34,364 bases of DNA, from IMG/VR virus record IMGVR_UViG_3300005764_000047, positions 1 through 34,364 of that record; one strand, given 5' to 3'. Each line of letters starts with the position of its first letter. The stretch's first letter is position 1. Both the position numbers and the translations under genes were made by a program. Below are positions 17,348 to 26,318 of this stretch, piece after piece. The DNA comes from a virus. Lineage: Duplodnaviria; Caudoviricetes. The notes under the pieces are model-generated. The model worked only from the letters and a program-made list of their open reading frames with translations. It did no database searches and was not told the origin of the DNA.

Positions 17348-19663
17348 ATGCCAACTGGCGCAGATGTAGACATCACTTTTGGTGCCGATACCAGTGCGGT
17401 AACGGCCGGCCTGGCTGAATTGCGCAACCAGGTTAGCCAAACCGCCCGCTCATTTACAAGCGCCTTTACCAGTGGCTTTACTGGTGCAGCCATAGTGGCC
17501 GAGGTGCAAAAGGTGCTCGATGCCGCTTCGGAAGTGCATAAGCAATCCGAGCGGTTTGGAATTGATGCCGAGCAATTCCAAAAGATTTCAAACGCGGCAA
17601 AGGAATTTGGCATTGAAGGCGGCACCGTTGCCAGGGCAATGAACCTCATGCAACTGAATGCCGAAAAGGCATTGGTCCCAACCAGCAAGCAAGCCAAGGC
17701 GCTTGAGGATTTAGGCATATCCGCCGAACAGTTTGCAGCCGCTAAACCGTGGGAAAAGGTTTTAATGCTCTCCAATTCTTACACCACGGCAGCCGATCAG
17801 GGCAAGGCTTACGCCGATGTGGCTCAAATTGTAGGGACGCGCAATACCGAGCTGGTGGCCCTTTTCGAGCAGGGCGCTATCAAAATCCAAGAACTTGCCG
17901 CACAATTTCCCGTGTTATCTAACGCGGAAATTAAAGCCTTGCACGACATGAAGGTGGCCGAGGATGTTTACCGCGCCAACCTCAGCAGCAACGTCGCCAC
18001 CCTAACCGTAATTTGGGGCGGCCTTTTCAATTTCCTTAGAACTGGCATAGCTAACCTGGGCGTTGCGCTAATGAAGCCTTTTGACCCCAACCTTAGCTTT
18101 TTTGGCGTTCAACAAAACCAGGCGGCGGAATTGGCTAAACGCATTCAGTATTTACAATCCATAATGATAACGCCGCCGGGCGTTGGCGGTGCGGTTAAAG
18201 GTGGCGAACCAGGTGCCGGGGCCGGCCTAACCGATATTGCTGCCAGCGCAGGAGCGGCCGTAGCCGGCTTAACTAGAGTTGAGCGGTTACAAGATCAGCT
18301 TACCGCTGCAATGCAACGATCTCGTGAGGCACAGGCAGGGCAAATCAATTTAGAAGAGCGGCTCAACGTTATCCAACAGGAACGCGCCCGCTTGCAAGAG
18401 GAATACATGCGGCTACGCGATAGTGGTGTGGCCACCGAAGACCAATTGCTACAACTAAGCATCGAGGCAGAAAACAAATTTAAGGAGGAACTGGATACCG
18501 AAAAGAAAATTACCGACCAAAAACAAGCCCAGAAGGATGCCGAGGCTGATTTTTTGCGCTTGCAACGCCAACACACCGCCGAGGTGCAACGCGAGCTTGA
18601 GGCATCTCAGCGCAGGGTGGAGTTGATTAACTTAGAGGCAATGGGCGCCACCGAAGCGGCAGACCAAATGCAATTGCAAGCTAAATTCGAGGGCGAGATA
18701 CAAAAAGCAATAGATGCCGCCAACAAGGCTTACGAGATAGGGGATCGCATCACGGGCGATATGAACATGAAGTTGGCCCAGCAGCTTGGCATTGAAGAGC
18801 AGGTGGCCATCGCCGCCTTGCACGCAGCCCAAATGCGCGCCGCTACGTTGGCCACTATACGCGCCCAAATTGATTTAGACGTGGCGCGCGGCCGCACAAG
18901 CTCCGAAATGGCGGATTTTGAGCAAAAATTCGTTGATCTGCAACTTAGGTCACAACAATTGGGCGCCGAAATTAACGGCGCACTTTTGGTGGGTAACACG
19001 GCGCTGGCCTTGCAATTAAGCCTAGAAAAACAAATTACAGACCAATTGGCGCAACAAGCGGCCAACCGCGCCGCGCAAGCAAATTTAATGGCAAGAGGTC
19101 CAACCGCCGCCTCTATACCTTACGGCGTGCTAGGCTATTTTGCAGCGCATGGCCTTAGTGCCGGCGCGGGTGCAGATATTTACACGGCGGCCTATGCAGC
19201 GGCGCATGGTATCCAGCCCGGCACCGCCGCCTATGATCAGTTGCGCCTAGAGGAAATGGCAAGGGAACAGCTTAGAAATTTAACAGGGCAAAACTTAGGT
19301 TTTTTTGAACAAGCTCAGCGCGATGCGCTCGTGCGGCAATACGCGGCACAACAGAACTTACAAGCCACGCAAGCCGCCGCACAAGCAAGACAGCAAGAGA
19401 TCGATTACTGGACATCGATTGCAATGGGGCGTGCGCCCTCAGGCGCTAACCCATACAACGCGCTTTTTGGCATCCCGAATTTCGCGACGGGCCAATTGAT
19501 GGCGGCTGGCACTTATGCTGGCGGACAATTTCTGCCGGGAACTACCGCCAGCACAGATGTGCAAATCGCCCAGCTTTCAACGCAAATCGGCATTATGCAG
19601 CAGCAGCTTACGCAATTGCAGCAAATTAACACCAGGCTAACGCCCACACCGGGCTTGCATTAA
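17348..19663 (+). CDS. Tape measure protein
   Basis: 771 aa, Ala/Gln-rich and helical; begins 'ITFGADTS' and contains 'SERFGIDAEQFQKI...ALEDLGIS'. Confidence 0.9.
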   Translation: MPTGADVDITFGADTSAVTAGLAELRNQVSQTARSFTSAFTSGFTGAAIVAEVQKVLDAASEVHKQSERFGIDAEQFQKISNAAKEFGIEGGTVARAMNLMQLNAEKALVPTSKQAKALEDLGISAEQFAAAKPWEKVLMLSNSYTTAADQGKAYADVAQIVGTRNTELVALFEQGAIKIQELAAQFPVLSNAEIKALHDMKVAEDVYRANLSSNVATLTVIWGGLFNFLRTGIANLGVALMKPFDPNLSFFGVQQNQAAELAKRIQYLQSIMITPPGVGGAVKGGEPGAGAGLTDIAASAGAAVAGLTRVERLQDQLTAAMQRSREAQAGQINLEERLNVIQQERARLQEEYMRLRDSGVATEDQLLQLSIEAENKFKEELDTEKKITDQKQAQKDAEADFLRLQRQHTAEVQRELEASQRRVELINLEAMGATEAADQMQLQAKFEGEIQKAIDAANKAYEIGDRITGDMNMKLAQQLGIEEQVAIAALHAAQMRAATLATIRAQIDLDVARGRTSSEMADFEQKFVDLQLRSQQLGAEINGALLVGNTALALQLSLEKQITDQLAQQAANRAAQANLMARGPTAASIPYGVLGYFAAHGLSAGAGADIYTAAYAAAHGIQPGTAAYDQLRLEEMAREQLRNLTGQNLGFFEQAQRDALVRQYAAQQNLQATQAAAQARQQEIDYWTSIAMGRAPSGANPYNALFGIPNFATGQLMAAGTYAGGQFLPGTTASTDVQIAQLSTQIGIMQQQLTQLQQINTRLTPTPGLH

Positions 19664-19664
19664 C

Positions 19665-21452
19665 ATGGCACAACATACTAGCGCAGGCGCACGCCCTTAC
19701 GACACTGGCCTAGTGCTACAAATGCGCCCCGAAATCGATAACAACGAATTTGGCATGAAACAAGGCACCTTTCGCTTTGTGATAAATAACACCTTATGGC
19801 CAGCAAAAGAACCAGTGCGCGCTACGCCTTGCGGCGCCACGGGTTTCGTTGGCGCCGACGCGCTTACGCAGAGTTTCCTTAACGGCGTTTCGTTTATGGG
19901 CGCCCAAACCTCGCGCTTTATCCGCGGCGGCCATTGCCCAGGCGTTGGCGTTTTGGAAGTGCTTTGCCAGGGGGCAAACTTTACCCAGGGCGGCGGCAGC
20001 ACAACAACGCCCACCTTCGAAATTGTTTCCATACCCATTACAAACAAGGGCGCGGGCTACACCTCGTGTCCGACGGTTGCCATTTCGGGCGGCGGCCAAG
20101 TTAACCCGGCAAGCGTTGTTTCGCGCCTAGAGCTTTCAACGCGGCAAATCGTTAACGGCGGCACCGGCTACGCCGTCGGCAACGTGCTAACGCTTAGTGG
20201 TGGCCAATATGATTTCGCGGTGCAAATAACCGTAGACGCCATCGGCGCCGGCGGCAGCATTAAAGTTGCTGATGGCGGCAACAACCATGTAAGCACTTAC
20301 GGCCAATATTCGGCAATCCCGGCCAACACTTGCACCCTTACGGGTGGCAGCGGCACGGGCGCAACGGTGGATGTGACGTGGCGCCTGGCGCTGATCGTCG
20401 TCAGTGATGGTGGCGATTTTACAGGCACGCCCAGTGCAACCCTCTCGGGTGGCGGCTTTACAACCGCGGCTACCCTGGGGACGATCACAATGGCTAACAG
20501 TGGTGGCCAAACCACTGCCGCCCCAGGCACGTTACAATTAACAACGCCGTGGAAACCCGTCGATACAACAAAAGACACGGTGCAGTTTACAATTACCGGC
20601 ACAGCGGCAGGCACGGCAACGGCAACCGCGGAAGTTAAGTATGCAACCGTGGCGCCATTGCCAACTTGCAAATATTACACGCACACCGATGGCACAATTT
20701 ACATCGAGGCCGACTTTGGCTCCTTCCAAGGTGGCTCGCCAGTGCCCGATGGTGGGGTGGTGTCGGTGGGCGATTGGATTTTGGTTAAGAATGAGGCAAA
20801 CGCTTTTCGCAACGGCATTTACAAGGTTGTGCGCCTGGGCAGCGCCACCAATACGTTGCCAGTGGTAACGTGGGTGCTGGCCCGGCCGCCAGGCTTTAAT
20901 GAGGCTATAAATTACACCACCTCGCTAAAGGTGCATGTGCAATTGGGCCAAACGCTTGCCAACACCATTTGGCAATGCGCCGTAAATGTGACAACCCTGG
21001 CCCCCAGTGATGCCGCGGGCGGCACCAACATAACTTTTAACTCCACCACACAAACGAGCACCGCGGTGCCCCAGACGCGCATCACAATCGAATACCACGC
21101 CATCGACCTGCATTTTGAGTATATGGCCAACCAAAAGTTGCAGCAGACAAATTTCACGCATGCCACTTACGCAATGGACGGCAACGGCTACATTACAACT
21201 GACCCCACCACGGGCGAAAAAATGTTGCTGCGGGTAGATTCGGCCTTGGCCGAGAATGTTACAATCGACGCCACCACGGGCGCAACTAACTTTACCCCAA
21301 CCGCTACACCCATCCCGCGCTCAACATGGCAACAATGGGTGCAATTTGTGGGCACCGCGGCGCGCTTTGACCAAGTGCCCGCCGGCCAATACTGGCACGT
21401 AACCGAAACCACCAGCATTAAAATTGTGCCGCTTAACGCAACACCGCTATGA
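19665..21452 (+). CDS. Tail-tip protein with inserted fibre-like modules
   Basis: Follows the tape measure; GAGYTSCPTVAISGGG-type repeats and a 'VGDWILVKNEANAFRNGIY' module. Confidence 0.7.
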   Translation: MAQHTSAGARPYDTGLVLQMRPEIDNNEFGMKQGTFRFVINNTLWPAKEPVRATPCGATGFVGADALTQSFLNGVSFMGAQTSRFIRGGHCPGVGVLEVLCQGANFTQGGGSTTTPTFEIVSIPITNKGAGYTSCPTVAISGGGQVNPASVVSRLELSTRQIVNGGTGYAVGNVLTLSGGQYDFAVQITVDAIGAGGSIKVADGGNNHVSTYGQYSAIPANTCTLTGGSGTGATVDVTWRLALIVVSDGGDFTGTPSATLSGGGFTTAATLGTITMANSGGQTTAAPGTLQLTTPWKPVDTTKDTVQFTITGTAAGTATATAEVKYATVAPLPTCKYYTHTDGTIYIEADFGSFQGGSPVPDGGVVSVGDWILVKNEANAFRNGIYKVVRLGSATNTLPVVTWVLARPPGFNEAINYTTSLKVHVQLGQTLANTIWQCAVNVTTLAPSDAAGGTNITFNSTTQTSTAVPQTRITIEYHAIDLHFEYMANQKLQQTNFTHATYAMDGNGYITTDPTTGEKMLLRVDSALAENVTIDATTGATNFTPTATPIPRSTWQQWVQFVGTAARFDQVPAGQYWHVTETTSIKIVPLNATPL

Positions 21453-21574
21453 CGCTCGAACAGCTAATTGAACGCATACACACCTTATTCGTCCGCGGCT
21501 TTATCGTCCCAACCAGCGCGGGGCTAATTATCCGAAGGCTACCTGATGGCCGTTACGAGATTAGGCTCAAATAA
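21449..21574 (+). CDS. 41-aa protein paralogous to the tailspike N-terminus
   Basis: Translated by hand: MTLEQLIERIHTLFVRGFIVPTSAGLIIRRLPDGRYEIRLK; ATGA overlap with the upstream stop. Confidence 0.7.
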   Translation: MTLEQLIERIHTLFVRGFIVPTSAGLIIRRLPDGRYEIRLK

Positions 21575-23180
21575 GAGCAGGCCATTTGCGCGCGGGGGCG
21601 GCATTAAAAGCGCCCCTTTCCAACGCGATTTGCACGCAAAGGTGGAGCCCATTCGCGAGATAATTGAGCGCGGGCTAATTGTAGAATCGCCCGACATAGG
21701 GGTTGAAAGATTGCCGGATGGCCGCATTAAGTTGCGCCTTAAAAACCTTATTGGCGGGCCTTTGCCGGCGCTAGCCGGGCCTGGTGCTGGGCCGCCGCCT
21801 GGGCCTGGCACCGCGGGGGCTTTTACCGACTTTTATTGCATGAGCGGCGGCTCGCCTTACAACGGCGGCTCTAACGAGGGCGCGGCTATTTACACAAGCA
21901 CCAACGGCAATTGGAATGGGGCAACTATTTTTACACCCACCGATGGCAGCAACCCCGTTAGCGCCGGCGTGATGGTTGGCCAATTTGCAAACGTGCACCT
22001 TGACGGCCCTACGGGCGGAGTATTCATTGCGCGCGTTACAGCCGTTGTGAACGCCGCTAATGGGGCCATCACGTTAAACGCAAGCGGCGCGGGCGCAGGC
22101 GTTGCAGGCGGAGCAAACGGCCGCTCGATCGTAGTGGGTGGGGCATGGGGTGGCCCAGGCGCATTGGGCACAACTGACACAAACCCTTTTGCCCAAAACA
22201 ATCTGATAAATTTAACCAATGTTGCCGGCGACATTCCTCGCATCAACATGAAAAACGACCACACATACACCGTTACTGTGCAGATCACGCACAGCAACAC
22301 CAGCAGCGGCCCCATTGTCACGCAAGGTTACGCAAGCGTTAAAGGCGATGGCGGACGCGCTAAAATCTCATCCGCCAGTGCCATCACAATTTTGCAACCC
22401 AGCACGGCAATAAATATGTGGGCCGATCTCGAGATTGAATCAACGGCCACAACTGGCACCGGCAGTTGCGCCGTGGAGCAAGTCCCGCAATCGTGGTATA
22501 GATGCGTATTCCATGGCGCTCGCGGGCATGGGCTATTTACAACTGGCGCCTCAATTGTTCACGAGTGCGAGGCGTATGAGTGCAACAAATCCAACACGGC
22601 TGCCGTGGCAGGTTTTTCCGCTTACAATGCCGTGGGCGCCACTTTTATCCGTTGCTATAGCCACGACCACACTACGGGAGCCGCGGGAACAAATTCGCAC
22701 GGCTTTTACCTTAACAATTCAAGCGCGCTTGAATATTGCATTGCCGAGAATTGCAAGGGCAGCGGCGTTGTTTCCGTAACGGCTTGCACCGTTAAAAACT
22801 GCGATTTTTACAATAACGCTGTCGATGGCGTTACACTTTCTGGGGCCGCGGTGATAATGGCGTTGATCGAGAATTGCAACTTCCTTAAAAACGCTGGCAA
22901 AGGCATAAACGCAAGTGGCAGTAACCTCATTATGGGTTACACATTCAACTGCGGTTATGGTGCTGGCGGCATGGCTAATGGGGGCGTAAATGTCCTCAAG
23001 CGCATCACGGAGGTGAGCCCATTTACGTATGGCACTAATGCCACGCCCTGGACCGCGCCCGACACGGGCAATTTCACCGTTTCGCTAGCGGATGCGCAAG
23101 GCACTGGCCGCGGGATATTTATTGAAAGCGGCAGTGGTTCGAGCGGCACCCTGGGCACACCCAACATTGGCGCAGCGTAG
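21546..23180 (+). CDS. Tailspike with right-handed parallel beta-helix (pectin-lyase-like), probable receptor-binding protein
   Basis: Repeats such as 'IVHECEAYEC', 'VKNCDFYNNAVDGV' and 'IENCNFLKNAGKGI'. Start uncertain (ATG 21546, TTG 21630 or GTG 21642). Confidence 0.8.
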   Translation: MAVTRLGSNKSRPFARGGGIKSAPFQRDLHAKVEPIREIIERGLIVESPDIGVERLPDGRIKLRLKNLIGGPLPALAGPGAGPPPGPGTAGAFTDFYCMSGGSPYNGGSNEGAAIYTSTNGNWNGATIFTPTDGSNPVSAGVMVGQFANVHLDGPTGGVFIARVTAVVNAANGAITLNASGAGAGVAGGANGRSIVVGGAWGGPGALGTTDTNPFAQNNLINLTNVAGDIPRINMKNDHTYTVTVQITHSNTSSGPIVTQGYASVKGDGGRAKISSASAITILQPSTAINMWADLEIESTATTGTGSCAVEQVPQSWYRCVFHGARGHGLFTTGASIVHECEAYECNKSNTAAVAGFSAYNAVGATFIRCYSHDHTTGAAGTNSHGFYLNNSSALEYCIAENCKGSGVVSVTACTVKNCDFYNNAVDGVTLSGAAVIMALIENCNFLKNAGKGINASGSNLIMGYTFNCGYGAGGMANGGVNVLKRITEVSPFTYGTNATPWTAPDTGNFTVSLADAQGTGRGIFIESGSGSSGTLGTPNIGAA

Positions 23181-23204
23181 GTTTGACAAAATTCTTCCCG
23201 TAAT

Positions 23205-23570
23205 ATGGCAGCAAACGCATCGCGAGGCGTTACCATTGTTTATACTGGCGACGTAATTGGCAACGAGGTTTTTAGTTCGGTTTCCAATGTTACCTCCCCG
23301 GCAGCCATCACCCTGCACAATTTGGCCTCCGGCTCCAACACAATTACCGTGCCACCGTTTGGTGCCGCTGGCGGCATTACCTTGGCCGGTGTCACTATTA
23401 TCCCGCCAATTGGCAACACCGTGGGCATTACGCTTAAGGGCGTTGCGGGTGACACGGGCATTAACTTGCACAAAACTGATCCCACTAGCCTGGGCCTCGA
23501 TTCCGCCCTTACGGCTTTTGTGCTGGGCGCTGCGGGCGGCATTACCGGCGTGCGGCTTTTTTGGACGTGA
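23205..23570 (+). CDS. Small beta-rich protein, probably virion-associated
   Basis: Gly/Thr-rich 121 aa; TTTGACA motif 16 nt upstream. Confidence 0.65.
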   Translation: MAANASRGVTIVYTGDVIGNEVFSSVSNVTSPAAITLHNLASGSNTITVPPFGAAGGITLAGVTIIPPIGNTVGITLKGVAGDTGINLHKTDPTSLGLDSALTAFVLGAAGGITGVRLFWT

Positions 23571-23574
23571 TCGT

Positions 23575-23955
23575 GTGGCGAACAACCAAATCCCAAAGGC
23601 AAACGGTGGGTTGGGCAACGTTCTAACCACGCTGGCGGGCAGCGGCGACAGGGTGGTGCAAATGCTAATTGCGGGCGTAATCATCCTTAACACATGGATG
23701 ACGAACAATAACGGCAAGGGCATTAAAGAGGCTGATCGGCGCCTAGATTACTTGCGCGAAAGTATGGCCCGGCAAGTTAGGGTTGTTTACGATAACCAAA
23801 CTTTTTTGTTCGATTTTGTGGACGAAGTTCGGGCCTCCCAGGACCGCGTCCAAACTAAGCTGGGCATTGCGCACCCAGCCGTGACGCCTTTCCCGCGGCA
23901 ACAATTGCCCGACGTTGTGCCATACCTAAACACATATCCCAACCCATACCAATGA
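23575..23955 (+). CDS. Membrane protein, holin/lysis-associated candidate
   Basis: GTG start (MANNQIPK), hydrophobic VVQMLIAGVIILNTW then an amphipathic helix; ATGA-coupled to the hydrolase. Confidence 0.55.
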   Translation: MANNQIPKANGGLGNVLTTLAGSGDRVVQMLIAGVIILNTWMTNNNGKGIKEADRRLDYLRESMARQVRVVYDNQTFLFDFVDEVRASQDRVQTKLGIAHPAVTPFPRQQLPDVVPYLNTYPNPYQ

Positions 23956-24473
23956 CGAAGCGTAAAATAACTGCAAAAGGTCAGGCGCACATTAAAGCGC
24001 ACAACCTGGAGGTGCTGCTCGAAATTGGCGGAGCAATCATTTACACGGCGCCAAAGGGCGATTACGTCTGTTTCGTTAGCGACTTGGACGTTTGCACCGA
24101 TGGCAGCGGCCCCAGCCACGGCGACCCATCTTACCAGCCCCAGACGGCTTATTACAACGGGGGCAAATTTTTAAACGCGGATGTGGACAAATACATTGTA
24201 ATCCCTCCCCAGGTGCGCAGCATGGTTGCGCCCGTGGTCATGGGTTGCCAGGGTAAGCTTACGCGGTTGGACAGCGCATTGCAGCACGCCGCGGTGGTGG
24301 GCGAGATCGGCCCAAAGGATAAAACCGGCGAGGCGGCCATTTGCTTGGCTAAAATCATGAACCCAAAAGTTACCCCCAAAGCTGGCGACGAGCGGCTTAT
24401 TTACTTTTACGAACTTTGGCCCGGCAAACCTGCGGTGGTGGACGGTAAGCGTTACAAGTTGGAGCCGGCGTGA
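23952..24473 (+). CDS. GH75 chitosanase-like hydrolase, probable endolysin
   Basis: DLDVCTDG, YQPQTAY, LNADVDKYIVIP and AVVGEIGP...GEAA match the GH75 motif pattern; lysis-cassette position. Confidence 0.75.
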   Translation: MTKRKITAKGQAHIKAHNLEVLLEIGGAIIYTAPKGDYVCFVSDLDVCTDGSGPSHGDPSYQPQTAYYNGGKFLNADVDKYIVIPPQVRSMVAPVVMGCQGKLTRLDSALQHAAVVGEIGPKDKTGEAAICLAKIMNPKVTPKAGDERLIYFYELWPGKPAVVDGKRYKLEPA

Positions 24474-24652
24474 GGTATCAGATCATGCGCGCCTCTAGCC
24501 CAAACGAACTCGAGAAATTCGTAAACAACGAACTTGCGCATGGCTGGCGCGCCACCGGCGGCCTTGCCGTTTTGGTGCTGCCCGCCAATAACGTGGATGG
24601 CGTTAGAACCATCCTTATGCAAGCGATGATCCATGAAGGCCAGCCAACGTGA
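24470..24652 (+). CDS. DUF1737-like small protein
   Basis: 'YQIM...ELEKFVNNELAHGWRATGG...MQAMI' pattern; GTGA overlap. Confidence 0.7.
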   Translation: MRYQIMRASSPNELEKFVNNELAHGWRATGGLAVLVLPANNVDGVRTILMQAMIHEGQPT

Positions 24653-24729
24653 ATTATCCGTGGTTGTGGTGGTTTTTGCTTGCCGCTTTTTTGGCGGTTG
24701 TGTTATTAACGTGGTTCTTGCGCCTGTAA
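24649..24729 (+). CDS. 26-aa single-TM microprotein (MNYPWLWWFLLAAFLAVVLLTWFLRL)
   Basis: Translated by hand; GTGA overlap with the upstream stop; almost wholly hydrophobic. Confidence 0.55.
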   Translation: MNYPWLWWFLLAAFLAVVLLTWFLRL

Positions 24730-24800
24730 CTGGGCGCTTTTGACACCCTATGAGTAAACGTAAACGTAAACCCAAAACCACCGAAAGGAACAAACAAAAA

Positions 24801-25142
24801 ATGGCAGCAATACCAGTCACATTATCAGGAATGCTCTACGACAAGACAGCCAGAACCAGCCAACCCGTAGCCTTCATCGGCATGGCCAGCCTAACCGGCC
24901 TTGGCGTAGGCGGCGGGCCTGTAGAACCTGCCCCACCAGAAGAACAACCGCCGTTGGTTATTTGGGGCGGGGGCAACGAGCCGTTTCCTACCCCGCCAAT
25001 AGTCATCCCAATCCCACCCGATTTGCAACCGCCAAAGCCGCCAGAAGGAATAAAGCCGCCACCGCCGGACGGCGGCTGGGGTTACCATCCCGATTACGGC
25101 TGGGGATTCTTCCCGGCGGGCACCTTCCCTGGGCCAAAATAG
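24801..25142 (+). CDS. Proline-rich hypothetical protein
   Basis: MAAIPVTL start after an A-rich leader containing AAGGA; Pro-rich with IWGG and GGWGYHPDYGWGFFP. Alternative ATG at 24750. Confidence 0.7.
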   Translation: MAAIPVTLSGMLYDKTARTSQPVAFIGMASLTGLGVGGGPVEPAPPEEQPPLVIWGGGNEPFPTPPIVIPIPPDLQPPKPPEGIKPPPPDGGWGYHPDYGWGFFPAGTFPGPK

Positions 25143-25156
25143 TAAAAAGGCTAAAT

Positions 25157-25285
25157 GTGCAACCGCGGTTGATACTTGTAATCCTGGCCATAGTCTTGGC
25201 CGCATTAAGCTATTGGCTGCCGCAGACGTTGGGGGCTGCGGTTATTTTGTTGGGGGCCGCTTTGCTAGTGCCGGCTGGGCAATGA
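25157..25285 (+). CDS. 42-aa two-TM membrane protein (holin-like)
   Basis: MQPRLILVILAIVLAALSYWLPQTLGAAVILLGAALLVPAGQ; stop overlaps the next ATG. Confidence 0.6.
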   Translation: MQPRLILVILAIVLAALSYWLPQTLGAAVILLGAALLVPAGQ

Positions 25286-25725
25286 CCCTGGCGGAATTTG
25301 AGCGCTGTAGCGCCAGCGTTAAAGCGCTCAATCCGCACTTATTTGGCGCGCCGGCCCGACCCGAATGTCCCGGCGTTGCTCCTCCTCCGAGCACCGGCGC
25401 GCCGCCGTATTGCCCCACCGCGGGGCGCCGCATGAATCGCACGGAGCGCGATTTTGGCGCCATGCTTGAGGCGCAAAGGCGCAGGGGCGAAATTGTGCGC
25501 TACGAATACGAGGGCATAACGTTGCGCTGGGGCGGCGGCATGCGTTACACGCCCGATTTTGTGGTGGTGCAGCACGTGCCGCACCCGCTTAAGTTTGTGG
25601 AGATAAAAGGCGGGCGCATTTGGGACCGCGACATTGTGCGCTTTAAAGGCGCCGCGGCTTACTGGCCCCAGTTTGAATTCGAAATGTGGCAAAAACAGGG
25701 TGGCCGGTGGTGCCGGCTGCACTAA
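25282..25725 (+). CDS. PD-(D/E)xK endonuclease, DUF1064-like
   Basis: MNRTERDF...YEYEGITL...RYTPDFVV...FVEIKG motifs. Confidence 0.8.
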   Translation: MTLAEFERCSASVKALNPHLFGAPARPECPGVAPPPSTGAPPYCPTAGRRMNRTERDFGAMLEAQRRRGEIVRYEYEGITLRWGGGMRYTPDFVVVQHVPHPLKFVEIKGGRIWDRDIVRFKGAAAYWPQFEFEMWQKQGGRWCRLH

Positions 25726-25811
25726 GTTGGCACGAAAATGCTTAAAGCATAAACGGTGCCAAATGGCTGGAAACAGCGCCTCTTTATTTTCCGCCAAACA
25801 TAAAATAGTCA

Positions 25812-25839
25812 TTGCGTTTTAATATGCTTGCCCTATGTT
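25812..25839 (+). promoter_or_regulatory. Sigma70-like early promoter, probably leaderless
   Basis: TTGCGT-N16-TATGTT, ATG 6 nt after the -10 box, AT-rich upstream region; paralogous to 27520. Confidence 0.55.
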
Positions 25840-25845
25840 CAGGGC

Positions 25846-26277
25846 ATGCACAGAGATAAAAACAACAAAAGCGCGGCCCGCGACGCAGGGCAAATCTGCC
25901 AAAAGCATAATTGGCAAAACGCCTTCCCTGGCGATAATTCCTGCCCGTATTGCTACGAGCACAAAGCGGTGCACCGTTACTTCAACCTGGCGGCCATTAC
26001 CCTGGATGGCCGCACAATTAGCCAGCAAATACGCGGCACACGCGATGAGGCTCGCCAAATGTTGCTGCACTGGGCAACGCCCGAACAAACGCGCTGGCAC
26101 GGGCAAATAACCCACGGCGTTATTTACGACGTGGACGCCAAAACCAGCACCATGATGGAGTTTGGCGAGCCGCACAAGTGCACTAGCGAGGCAACCTACT
26201 TTGGCGACAGCAAGCCCAAAACCTATGCCGCCACGCTAAAAGGCAAGTCCGTGCGCGTGACGGTGCCCGAGGATTAA
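25846..26277 (+). CDS. Hypothetical early protein
   Basis: ATG at 25846; CPYC motif; N-terminus paralogous to the 27556 ORF. Confidence 0.65.
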   Translation: MHRDKNNKSAARDAGQICQKHNWQNAFPGDNSCPYCYEHKAVHRYFNLAAITLDGRTISQQIRGTRDEARQMLLHWATPEQTRWHGQITHGVIYDVDAKTSTMMEFGEPHKCTSEATYFGDSKPKTYAATLKGKSVRVTVPED

Positions 26278-26318
26278 CGTGGGTGTTCGCCTCCCTGCCC
26301 GCCACGGTGGGCAGCACG

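Noticed and set aside
24801-25142. Pro-rich protein as an o-spanin
   Set aside because: It has no cysteine, lipobox or signal peptide.
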